DNA of 64,000 nucleotides from Treponema sp. (GTDB taxonomy: Bacteria > Spirochaetota > Spirochaetia > Treponematales > Treponemataceae), in contig JAFZLA010000095.1 in assembly GCA_017551705.1 (NCBI GenBank), forward strand, positions 2,629 to 66,628. Direction: 5' to 3'. The position numbers and the translations under genes are program-made. The notes beneath the pieces were generated by a model. The model saw only the letters and a list, made by a program, of their open reading frames with translations, was not told the DNA's origin and ran no database searches. Positions 34,761 through 43,973 of this stretch are shown in pieces. Each line of letters opens with the position of its first letter. Position 1 is the stretch's first letter.

Positions 34761-35939
34761 TTAGAACCAAACGTTGAAGCGGAGCGGAACGGCGAAGATG
34801 AACTTCTTGGTTTCTCCGTCAACAGTGGCGGCCTGAACGAGCTTAAGATCTCCAGTGCTTGCCTTGTCGCCCATAGCCACAACAGCCTGGAATCCAAGTC
34901 CCAAAGAAGCGTTAGATCCGCAAGCATAGTTGGCGCCAACCAAGAATGAGAGGCTGGGGTCGATGTTGTTGTTGGGCATAATCATGCGAACGTCGGCTGT
35001 GAGTCCGAGAGCGTCGTTAATAGCGTAGTCAAGTCCAACGCCGAAGGCCAATCCCATGTCTCCGTCCTTGGGGATAGAGATACAGAAGTCGGCGGCAACT
35101 TTGAAGGCTTCTGTGATTCCATAAGAAGCGCCGGCGGCAACTCCGAACATCTTGGCTCCCTTTCCATAAAGGTCAGAGTCTTTGATGTTGAATTCAACGC
35201 CAACAGTGGCGAAGAGCTTGTCAACGGCTGTCAAGTCGAAAGCGGCCTCAAATGTACCAAGAGTCTTCTTTCCAGCGTCCTCGTCAGAGTCGGCGAGGAA
35301 CTGAGCCTTGATTTTACCAATTCCGTCGATTGTGTACATAGCACCATATACGCCTTTTCCGAAAACCTTGTCCAACGTCTTAACAGCGTTTTCGCCGCCA
35401 GAAGCTGTCGCAGTAAGAGGAACGAAAGCGAATACTTTCAAAGCCTCAATGGGTGTAATCTGGATACCAAGTCCGCTACTGGCATTCTTTTTGTTTCCAG
35501 ATGTGAATGTGATTCCTTCACCCCAGCGGACAAGGTCGCCACCTGTCGGATTCGGGCGGAGCCAGTTCCATGAACCAAAGCAAAGGTCTCCGCGTGTTCC
35601 GAAGAAGTTGTCATGCTGTCCGAGAGAAAGCTTAATCTGTTCAACGGGCTTGATCCACATAAGAGTGTTGTCTGAGCTTCCGGCAACTCCACCTGTGAAG
35701 TTTGTGTAGACACCCATTACGATTCCAGCTTTTCCGTCATCAGACGTGAAGTTGATGTCGGCACGAGCCGGGCGAGCTCCCCATCCCCATGGATTAGCAA
35801 CAGCACCACCCTTGATTCCGTCGCCGTCAGAGGCGATGAGTGTGGGAAGGTTGCAAACCCAAGCTCCAAAAGAAACCTCAGCGAAAGCTGAAGCAGCTAC
35901 CATAGCAGCAAGAGCCAAAGCTCCAATCAATTTTTTCAT
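34761..35939 (-). CDS. Putative outer-membrane beta-barrel protein, family C, copy 3
   Basis: The start is at MKKLIGALALAAMVAASAFAE (ATG 35939). The protein ends ...AVPLRFNVWF. Confidence 0.72.
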   Translation of the reverse strand: MKKLIGALALAAMVAASAFAEVSFGAWVCNLPTLIASDGDGIKGGAVANPWGWGARPARADINFTSDDGKAGIVMGVYTNFTGGVAGSSDNTLMWIKPVEQIKLSLGQHDNFFGTRGDLCFGSWNWLRPNPTGGDLVRWGEGITFTSGNKKNASSGLGIQITPIEALKVFAFVPLTATASGGENAVKTLDKVFGKGVYGAMYTIDGIGKIKAQFLADSDEDAGKKTLGTFEAAFDLTAVDKLFATVGVEFNIKDSDLYGKGAKMFGVAAGASYGITEAFKVAADFCISIPKDGDMGLAFGVGLDYAINDALGLTADVRMIMPNNNIDPSLSFLVGANYACGSNASLGLGFQAVVAMGDKASTGDLKLVQAATVDGETKKFIFAVPLRFNVWF

Positions 35940-36114
35940 AATGAAAAAACCTCCGTTTTTTTTAGAATCCAAATTTTCAAAAATGGCGAAATTTGGGGCT
36001 TTTTTGAACAAAGTTACCGATTTTACAAAAAGTTCCGCGTGAAATTTTTCAAAATTCGTAAAAAAAATAGCAAAACAAGAGTATAGTGGAGGCGCGCAAG
36101 GGGCGGGCGGTTGC

Positions 36115-36143
36115 TTGCGGAAAGATTGATTTTACGCTATAAT
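36115..36143 (+). promoter_or_regulatory. Promoter of uvrA, with -10 only 9 nt from the ATG
   Basis: TTGCGG at 36115-36120, a 17-nt spacer, then TATAAT at 36138-36143. The string CGCTATAATCTTAAGATTATG parallels the ndk promoter. Confidence 0.5.
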
Positions 36144-36152
36144 CTTAAGATT

Positions 36153-39038
36153 ATGGCAACAGGAAAAAAGGGCGCTGTGGGAGCCGAGGTGATTTCGGTA
36201 AAGGGCGCGCGAGAACATAATTTAAAGAACGTTAACGTCGATTTGCCGCGCAACAAGTTGGTTGTGATAAGCGGCTTGTCGGGCAGCGGAAAATCGTCGC
36301 TGGCCTTTGACACGCTTTTTGCGGAAGGGCAGCGGCGCTACATGGAAAGCCTTTCCAGCTACGCGCGGCAGTTTATGGGAACGATGGACAAGCCCGACGT
36401 TGACTTGATAGAAGGCCTTAGCCCCGCCATTTCAATCGAACAAAAAACAACTCACAACAACCCGCGTTCCACCGTGGGAACTGTGACCGAAATCTACGAC
36501 TACTACCGCTTGCTCTACGCCCGCATAGGAAAGGCGCACTGCCCAAACTGCGGGCGCGAAATCAAGGAGCAGAGCGTTGACCAAATCATCGACGCTGTCT
36601 TGTCTTGGCCCAACGGAGAAAAGCTGACGATTTTGGCGCCGGTGATTCGCGGAAAAAAAGGCGAACACGCAAAAGTTTTTGAGGACGCAAAAAAAGCGGG
36701 ATTCGCCCGCGCCCGCGTCGACGGCATTATGACCGACCTTGACGAGAGCGTCAAGCTGGACAAGCAAAAAAAACACACGATAGAGATGGTCGTTGACCGC
36801 ATTGTGTTGAAGGAAGGAATCCGCAAGCGCTTGGCCGATTCGCTTGAGACCGCGCTTAACAGCGCAAACGGAATCGTGATTGTATTGCGCCGCGTTCCCA
36901 AAGAGGGCGGAGGAGAAAAGGACTACACCGAGCAGGAAGTTTTTTTTAGCCAAAAGAACGCTTGTCCCGACTGCGGAATCTCTATCCCCGAATTGCAGCC
37001 GCGCTTGTTTTCTTTTAACAATCCCTTTGGCGCCTGCCCCGAGTGCACCGGCATCGGCCAAAAAATGGAATGGGATTTGCAAAAAATTATTCCCGACAAG
37101 TCAAAGTCATTCAACCAAGGCGGCTTGCCTTTTTACAATCCCGACAGCGAATGGGCCAGCGCGATGTTTGGCGCGGTTGCCCAGGCCGCGGACTTTACGC
37201 TGGACACGCCGCTTGACAACCTTACCGCAAAGCAAATCGACTTTTTGATGAACGGCGACGAAAAAAAAGTTTTGCGCTGGGTTTACCAAAAGCAAAGCGG
37301 CGAGGGCTACTCCGAATACAAGCGGCCTTGGCTTGGCGTGATCGCAGACATGAGCCGCCGCCGTTCGGAGGCCTGGAGCGAAGCGCAGCGCGAGCGCATT
37401 GAAGAAAAGTTTATGTCGGTCAGCGAGTGCTCGTCTTGCAAGGGCGCGCGCCTTAGGCCGGAAGCGCTTGGCGTTACAATCGGCGGAAAGAACATCATCG
37501 AGCTTAGCGCGCTGAGCGTTACGGAAACGATAGATTTTTTTGACAAAATTAAATTCACGCAGACGGAATTGCAAATCGCCGCGCAAGTCATAAAAGAAAT
37601 TAGGGCGCGCTTGGACTTCTTAAAAAATGTGGGCTTGGAATATCTTACGTTGGACAGAAGCGCGGGCACCTTAAGCGGAGGCGAGGCGCAGCGAATTCGT
37701 TTGGCCACTCAAATCGGAAGCGCGCTTACCGGCGTAATGTACATTCTTGACGAGCCCAGCATTGGCTTGCACCAGCGCGACAACCAGCGCTTGATTGACA
37801 CCCTCACGCGCCTGCGCGACTTGGGCAACACCGTAATCGTTGTGGAGCACGACGAGCAGACTTTGCGCACCGCCGACTACTTGGTCGACATGGGGCCGGG
37901 CGCCGGCGTCAACGGCGGAAAGGTCGTGGCGGCCGGAACTCCCGCCGAGGTCGCCAAGTGCAAAAAAAGTTTGACCGGCCAATACCTTGCCGGAACTTTG
38001 CGCATGGACATTCCCAAAAAGCGGCGGGCGGGGAGCGGCAAATTTATAGAAGTCAAGGGCGCCCGCGAGCACAACCTAAAGAACATCGACGTTAAAATTC
38101 CGCTTGGAACTTTCACTTGCATAACAGGCGTTTCGGGCAGCGGAAAGTCAACCCTGCTTAGCGACATTCTTTACCCCGCCGCCAGCAACAAGACGATGAG
38201 GACAAACTATCCAGTCGGCGCTTACGACGCGATAGAGGGCCTGGCCGCCATCGACAAAGTGATTAACATCGACCAAAGCCCGATTGGACGCACGCCGCGC
38301 TCAAACCCCGCCACATACATCGGAGTCTTTAACGGCATCCGCGACCTCTTTGCGTCGCTGCCAGAGAGCAAGGCGCGCGGCTATTTGCCTGGCCGTTTTA
38401 GCTTTAACGTAAAGGGCGGCCGCTGCGAAAACTGCCAGGGCGCCGGAACGATTCAAATCGAGATGAACTTTTTGCCCGACGTTTACATTCAGTGCGACGT
38501 TTGCCACGGAAAACGGTTCAACAAGGAAACTCTCGACGTTCTGTACAAAGGAAAGAGCATAAACGACGTTCTCAACATGACGGTGGACGAAGCCTGCGAC
38601 TTTTTTGTTTCGATTCCGCACATATCGCGCAAATTGGAAACGCTAAAGTCCGTCGGCTTGGGCTACATAGAATTGGGGCAGTCGGCTTTGACTTTGAGCG
38701 GAGGCGAGGCCCAGCGCGTAAAGCTTGCCAACGAGCTTAGCAAGGTGAGCACAGGCAAGACCTTGTACATTTTGGACGAGCCGACGACGGGCCTGCACTT
38801 TGCCGACGTAAAGCAATTGATGGGAGTGATAAAGCGCTTGGTCGACGCTGGCAACAGCGTCGTTATGATCGAGCACAACCTTGACGTGATTTGCCAGGCC
38901 GACTGGATAATCGACTTGGGGCCCGAAGGCGGAAGCGGCGGCGGAACGGTCGTCACCACCGGAACGCCCGAGGACGTGGCCAAATGCAAGGCGTCTTGGA
39001 CAGGAAAGTATATAAAAGAAACGCTTGAAAAAAATTGA
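36153..39038 (+). CDS. uvrA: Excinuclease ABC subunit A
   Basis: Two ABC modules are present (GLSGSGKSS and GVSGSGKST; LSGGEAQR twice). Zinc-finger Cys pairs CPNCG and CPDCG are also present. The start is at MATGKKG. Confidence 0.95.
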   Translation: MATGKKGAVGAEVISVKGAREHNLKNVNVDLPRNKLVVISGLSGSGKSSLAFDTLFAEGQRRYMESLSSYARQFMGTMDKPDVDLIEGLSPAISIEQKTTHNNPRSTVGTVTEIYDYYRLLYARIGKAHCPNCGREIKEQSVDQIIDAVLSWPNGEKLTILAPVIRGKKGEHAKVFEDAKKAGFARARVDGIMTDLDESVKLDKQKKHTIEMVVDRIVLKEGIRKRLADSLETALNSANGIVIVLRRVPKEGGGEKDYTEQEVFFSQKNACPDCGISIPELQPRLFSFNNPFGACPECTGIGQKMEWDLQKIIPDKSKSFNQGGLPFYNPDSEWASAMFGAVAQAADFTLDTPLDNLTAKQIDFLMNGDEKKVLRWVYQKQSGEGYSEYKRPWLGVIADMSRRRSEAWSEAQRERIEEKFMSVSECSSCKGARLRPEALGVTIGGKNIIELSALSVTETIDFFDKIKFTQTELQIAAQVIKEIRARLDFLKNVGLEYLTLDRSAGTLSGGEAQRIRLATQIGSALTGVMYILDEPSIGLHQRDNQRLIDTLTRLRDLGNTVIVVEHDEQTLRTADYLVDMGPGAGVNGGKVVAAGTPAEVAKCKKSLTGQYLAGTLRMDIPKKRRAGSGKFIEVKGAREHNLKNIDVKIPLGTFTCITGVSGSGKSTLLSDILYPAASNKTMRTNYPVGAYDAIEGLAAIDKVINIDQSPIGRTPRSNPATYIGVFNGIRDLFASLPESKARGYLPGRFSFNVKGGRCENCQGAGTIQIEMNFLPDVYIQCDVCHGKRFNKETLDVLYKGKSINDVLNMTVDEACDFFVSIPHISRKLETLKSVGLGYIELGQSALTLSGGEAQRVKLANELSKVSTGKTLYILDEPTTGLHFADVKQLMGVIKRLVDAGNSVVMIEHNLDVICQADWIIDLGPEGGSGGGTVVTTGTPEDVAKCKASWTGKYIKETLEKN

Positions 39039-39053
39039 CGATAATAAAAATTG

Positions 39054-42000
39054 ATGGCTAAAAAGTTTTTGTTTGCCTGGCATGGCCGGGCGGCTTGGAA
39101 AAAAGTTTTTGTTCTCTTAATCGCTCTTTGCCTTTTGAGCGCGGACGCTTTTTGCGCCAAGAAAAAGAAAGAAGAGGAAAAAAAAGAAGAAGAGCCGCAA
39201 AAAACTGTCATCACGATTATGAACGCCCTCAAAAGCGGCAACAAAAAAGATCCCAACAACGGCGACGAGCTTTTGACATTTGAAGGCAACGTTCAAATAT
39301 CGGTGGAAAAAAACGGGACAAAAACCGTTATCAGCGCCGACAGGGTTTCGTACAACCGCGAGCGCGAAATGCTTTTTGCCGAGGGCGCCGTAAAGCTTGA
39401 GCAAACCGAAGCGTCGGGCTCAAATCAAACGATTTCGGCCGACAGCCTTTTGTTCAACACGCAAACGTTGGAAGGCGTCTTTGACAATTCGCGCGTCGTA
39501 AAGGCCGAAAGCAACGCGATCAATTTGCCAAGCGGCTCAAAGATAACCGTAGCCTCGGATTTGTTCGCGCGCGACGACAGCGGCACAATTTCGTTCAAGA
39601 ACGGCTCCCTTACATTTTGCGACGACGAAGAAAATCCCCACTGGCGCATCAAGGCCAGCCGCATTTGGCTTTTGCCCGGCAACGAGTTCGCCTTTTTGAA
39701 CGCGCTTGTTTATGTTGGCCCCGTTCCTGTAATGTATTTGCCGGCCTTTTATTACCCCAAAGACGAGTTGATTTTTAACCCTGTTTTTGGTTATAGAAAC
39801 CGCGCCGGCTATTATTTTCAGACAACGACATATTTGTTGGGCCGCAAGCCGCTCGACACAGGCAGCGGCGACTCAAAAGAAGACAAGGACGACGACATTC
39901 TTGGCGACTACTTTAGCTTGATTAAGCCAACAAAGCTTATGGAGCAAGAGCGCGAGGGCTTGATACTGCACAACCTTGACAAGGAATACAAGGGCGACAC
40001 TTCAAATTACTTAAAAATCCTTTTGGATTATTACGTCAACATCGGCGTTTCGACCGGTTTGGCTGGAGCGTACAAGGGCGGCAACAATATTCCGTCAATC
40101 GAAGCGAGCGCGATTTTTGGTTTTTCAAACACGGTGTTCCAAGATACGGCCAGCGCTTTTTGGCATCCGTATGGAAAAAGCGGAACGACTTACAAGGACG
40201 ATTCCGACTTTATGGGCTTTCACACTCCGTTTAGGTACAAGGCCAACTTAAAGTTGAGCGGAAGCTTTCCGTTCTCTTATTCTTTGTCAATGCCGATATA
40301 TTCCGATCCCTTCTTTAATTATGATTTTGGTGACAGAAACGAAACGATGGACTGGTTCAGCTACTTGCTGAACAATCCAAACCAAGACAACTCCACAAAG
40401 ACTGAGGAACAAAAGCAAGAAGCCGCGGAGATTTCTTCGTTCAGCTGGGAAAGCAACGCTTCCTACAGCATTCCTTTGCCGGAATTTATTAAGCCCTACA
40501 TTTCGTCTTTTTCGATAAGCTCCTTCAACTCATCGATTTCCTTTAGCGAAGCAACCGCGACCTTTAGCGACTTGTCAAAGGAAAAGGTCAGCGATGGTTG
40601 GGCAAAATACACGCCAAACAGAAAATTTTATTATCCGTCGACAGTCACGCCCCTTAAGACAGGCATAAAAATTTCGGGAACCATTTTTTCCACTTCCACC
40701 AAGAGGGAGCGGACCAAGAAGAGCGACAAAATCTTGGCCTCCGATTTGACCAGCCCCGACTTTGAAAAGGATCCGCAAGCGGAGGGCGAACAAGCCGAAG
40801 AAGCGGAGCAAAGCGAGGACGCGGCCAAAGAAACTGCCCAAAACCAAAGCGAGGGCGAAGAAAACGACGAAGAACTTTTGTTCGCGCAAAGCGCGCTGCC
40901 GGACTTGTCGTTTTCGCTTCCAAGCTCCAACGATTTGACGTCTTTTTCTTATTCCTTGGATTATTCGTTGAGCCCTGACTTTTCTTCGCAGATTACTTTC
41001 GCTTCGGAACCGCTTGCAACTTCAAAAGATTTTGACTTTAACAAGCCAAAGACTTCGTACATTCAAGTAAAGACGCCTGTAAGCCTCAATTCAAATTTGA
41101 GTTTTTTTGACAGCTTTTTTTCTATCACAAACAACCTTTCCTTTGAGCCTTATTACCAAAAGCACCCTTACATCGCGGACTACGAAACGGATTCATCAGG
41201 AAAGTCTAACGGCGGATACACCGAAAGCTCCAAAAAAAGCTTGATCCTTACCGACTACAAGGCCACGTACATGAAGCTTTACGGAAACAATTCCGTGTCG
41301 CTAAAGCCTTTGGTCTACTACAAGCATTTTAAGGACACTTCTATTTCTTGGAACACAAGCGTAAACTGGCTGCGGACTGAATTTATCGGAGACGCCGACA
41401 ATCCTGAATGGGACTATCTTACCGTAGACTGGACGGACAAGGAATCAATCACTTCGCACACGATGAGCGCAACTTTTGCGGCCAACGAGATGAGCGAGCG
41501 CTTTAAGCAAAGCTTGACGTTTACCGCGACGCTTCCTCCGCAAGTTGACAAATACTATTGGACATTGAACTTGACCTTTCCTTATGTAAGCGCGACGGCC
41601 GAGACTGGCATTTCAAAAACAAGTTCCACTGACGACACTTGGAAAAAAGAGCCCTTTAGGCAATCGGCGTCGGTCTCCCTTTTTAACTCAAAGTTAAAGT
41701 TGACGGAGTCTTACAATTACGATATGGAAGATAACCATCACGAGGACATGAAGATTGCCTTGTCGTACGAAGGCTTGCAGGCGTCCTACACAATGAGGTA
41801 CACCACGCCTTATGACTTTGACGCCGACAAGTACAATCCAGACGGAACGATTTCTTCTTACGGAAAAGGTTGGATCGCGGACAAGGACAAAGACTTTGTT
41901 CCTTACTCTTTGTCTTTGGCGTACTCTTCCTCCGGAAAAAAATACAAAAAGTGGAAGAACAGAATCGAAATTTCTCCTGGCCTTTCGACCAGCATATCGT

Positions 42001-42467
42001 ACGACTTTGTGCGTCCGACCCAGTCATACTTTATCTTCACTCCGTCAATCACCTTTAGGCTGAACAAATTGTTCTACATAAAGTTTGCCGCAGAGTCAAG
42101 AAACGACGTAATTTACCGCTACTTCCAAGAGGCCGCGGGACATTCGGGCCGCATTCCCGGCGAGACCAATCCTTTTATCGACTTGATAAACGGCTTTAGG
42201 TTTGACGACGAGACCTTGCGCAAGTCCAGCGGCTTTAAGCTAAAGTCGTTCATCATCCAAATGACGCACGAATTGCATGACTGGGACTTCAACTTGAAGT
42301 TCAAAGTTTCGCCGCGCTCGATTACGGACAGTTCCGGAAAAAGATACTACGACTTTTCTCCTTACTTCTCTTTGTCGGTCGTGTGGCGCCCGATGGACAG
42401 CATCAAGACAAAGATCGCCGACAAGTACGGCGACTTTGTTCTCAACTCAAGCGACATGGATGAGTAG
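39054..42467 (+). CDS. Large outer-membrane protein with an OstA/LptD-like N-terminal domain
   Basis: A signal-like N-terminus is followed by LTFEGNVQISVEKNGTKTVISADRVSYNREREMLFAEGAVKL, an OstA-type beta-jellyroll pattern. The total length is ~1137 aa, with an acidic low-complexity insert near 40750-40880. Confidence 0.5.
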   Translation: MAKKFLFAWHGRAAWKKVFVLLIALCLLSADAFCAKKKKEEEKKEEEPQKTVITIMNALKSGNKKDPNNGDELLTFEGNVQISVEKNGTKTVISADRVSYNREREMLFAEGAVKLEQTEASGSNQTISADSLLFNTQTLEGVFDNSRVVKAESNAINLPSGSKITVASDLFARDDSGTISFKNGSLTFCDDEENPHWRIKASRIWLLPGNEFAFLNALVYVGPVPVMYLPAFYYPKDELIFNPVFGYRNRAGYYFQTTTYLLGRKPLDTGSGDSKEDKDDDILGDYFSLIKPTKLMEQEREGLILHNLDKEYKGDTSNYLKILLDYYVNIGVSTGLAGAYKGGNNIPSIEASAIFGFSNTVFQDTASAFWHPYGKSGTTYKDDSDFMGFHTPFRYKANLKLSGSFPFSYSLSMPIYSDPFFNYDFGDRNETMDWFSYLLNNPNQDNSTKTEEQKQEAAEISSFSWESNASYSIPLPEFIKPYISSFSISSFNSSISFSEATATFSDLSKEKVSDGWAKYTPNRKFYYPSTVTPLKTGIKISGTIFSTSTKRERTKKSDKILASDLTSPDFEKDPQAEGEQAEEAEQSEDAAKETAQNQSEGEENDEELLFAQSALPDLSFSLPSSNDLTSFSYSLDYSLSPDFSSQITFASEPLATSKDFDFNKPKTSYIQVKTPVSLNSNLSFFDSFFSITNNLSFEPYYQKHPYIADYETDSSGKSNGGYTESSKKSLILTDYKATYMKLYGNNSVSLKPLVYYKHFKDTSISWNTSVNWLRTEFIGDADNPEWDYLTVDWTDKESITSHTMSATFAANEMSERFKQSLTFTATLPPQVDKYYWTLNLTFPYVSATAETGISKTSSTDDTWKKEPFRQSASVSLFNSKLKLTESYNYDMEDNHHEDMKIALSYEGLQASYTMRYTTPYDFDADKYNPDGTISSYGKGWIADKDKDFVPYSLSLAYSSSGKKYKKWKNRIEISPGLSTSISYDFVRPTQSYFIFTPSITFRLNKLFYIKFAAESRNDVIYRYFQEAAGHSGRIPGETNPFIDLINGFRFDDETLRKSSGFKLKSFIIQMTHELHDWDFNLKFKVSPRSITDSSGKRYYDFSPYFSLSVVWRPMDSIKTKIADKYGDFVLNSSDMDE

Positions 42468-42468
42468 G

Positions 42469-43830
42469 TTAGGAGAGTTGTTCTACAATCCGGCGCTCGT
42501 TGTAAAACAGCAATATGGCGGCGCCGAGGGCGCAGCAGATGGAGGCGACGACGGCGACGATGCGGTAGCCGCCTCCTGTTTGTCGGCTGATTGTGGCTAG
42601 GCTTGCAAAGCAAAGCATGGCCGCGCTTTGGCCAAGCTTAAAGGCAAAGGTTCGCGCGGCAAAGAACATTCCGGATCGGTTTTGGCCGCTGGCCGCTGTC
42701 TCAGCCTGCGCTATGTCGGCCACCATCGCTTGCGGCAAAATGCCAAAAGCCGCGATGGGGAAGGCGGCCGTCAATACCATTATCAGCGCCTGAACTTTTT
42801 GGGGTATCGCCAGGGACTCGCCGCAAAAGCCTGTGAACAAGTAGTCGGCGACAAAAAAGATAAAGGCCGCGACGACAACATTTTTCTTTCCAAATTTTTT
42901 TGCCAAAACGTTCACCGGCAAATAGAACAATAAGGAGGCGGCGGTCAAGCCGACAAACATCGGGGTTGCGTACGTTTCGGGAAGCTTTAAAAGCGCGGTG
43001 ACAAAAAACGGAAGGCCTGTTTGGAACATTGTAAGGGCAAACCAATAGATGACGTCTTGGGCGGCGAAAATTCTAAAGTCCTTGTTGCCAAAAGTTTTGG
43101 CAAGCGACGAGAACATCGAGCTTTGGCCGTCTTGCGCTTGCGGCGCTTGGACATACTCTTTTTCGTTCAGCGTGTAGGCGGGAACCAGCATCAGGGCCAC
43201 CGCCAGCGCGCTAAAAATGCCGAATGTCAGGCGCATGGCCAATATTCGTTCCATTCCGGCCGAAATAAAGGCTGTCCAAACTACAGGCGCCAAGTAGGAG
43301 ATTGCCGTTCCCACGATGAAGGTGAGCGAGATGCAAGTCGAAAGGGCAAGCTTTTCTTTTTGAGTCTTGGCAAGTTCGGCGATTAACGAAGTGTAGGGCG
43401 TGTAGTAGCAAGTGAGCAAAAAGTAGTACAAAAGCACAAAGACAAAAAGCCAGGCGGTGTTTATGGCGCTAATTTTTTGTATAGGGGCGCAAAAAATCAG
43501 GAGCGTGGAGATTCCAAAGGGCAGGGCGGAGCGTCGCAAAAAGGGAACGCGGCGGCCCAGCGGAGAGCGGCAGTTGTCCGAAAGGTTCCCCACCAGAGGG
43601 TCTGTCACCGCGTCAAAAAGGCGGCCAAGCGCTCCCACAAGGCCTATTATTGTCAAAAGGCCAAAAACTACGCGGCCCTGGGGAATAAAAAGGGGCATTC
43701 CTTCGGCAAGGCCGGCCTGGTCGGGCTGGTAAAAGTAAACCAGCCAAGAGCTTACAAGGCCGCTCAAAATGGGCCATCCCAACTGTCCTACGGCGTAACG
43801 CCAAATAACTGAGCGCGTCAAACTTTTCAT
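42469..43830 (-). CDS. MFS transporter, glycoside-pentoside-hexuronide (GPH):cation symporter family
   Basis: DAVTDPLVGNLSDNCRSPLGRRVPFL is the GPH signature. About 12 hydrophobic segments are present. The start is at MKSLTRS. Confidence 0.8.
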   Translation of the reverse strand: MKSLTRSVIWRYAVGQLGWPILSGLVSSWLVYFYQPDQAGLAEGMPLFIPQGRVVFGLLTIIGLVGALGRLFDAVTDPLVGNLSDNCRSPLGRRVPFLRRSALPFGISTLLIFCAPIQKISAINTAWLFVFVLLYYFLLTCYYTPYTSLIAELAKTQKEKLALSTCISLTFIVGTAISYLAPVVWTAFISAGMERILAMRLTFGIFSALAVALMLVPAYTLNEKEYVQAPQAQDGQSSMFSSLAKTFGNKDFRIFAAQDVIYWFALTMFQTGLPFFVTALLKLPETYATPMFVGLTAASLLFYLPVNVLAKKFGKKNVVVAAFIFFVADYLFTGFCGESLAIPQKVQALIMVLTAAFPIAAFGILPQAMVADIAQAETAASGQNRSGMFFAARTFAFKLGQSAAMLCFASLATISRQTGGGYRIVAVVASICCALGAAILLFYNERRIVEQLS

Positions 43831-43973
43831 AACGAGTAGTATAACTGAGAATGTTAAAGTTCGCAAGCGAAGCGTTGCGACTTATGCGGCGAACGAAAAG
43901 TTATGGTTCTGCGTTCGATTTTCTTGCCGCTATAAATTTGACTTTGCGGCGAAAATTCCTTATATTTAAAGGT

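Larger units (their letters stand above)
33186..35954 (-). repeat. Right arm of the inverted duplication (cassette C-B-A on the minus strand)
   Basis: See the left arm at 29012-31769. Confidence 0.85.
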
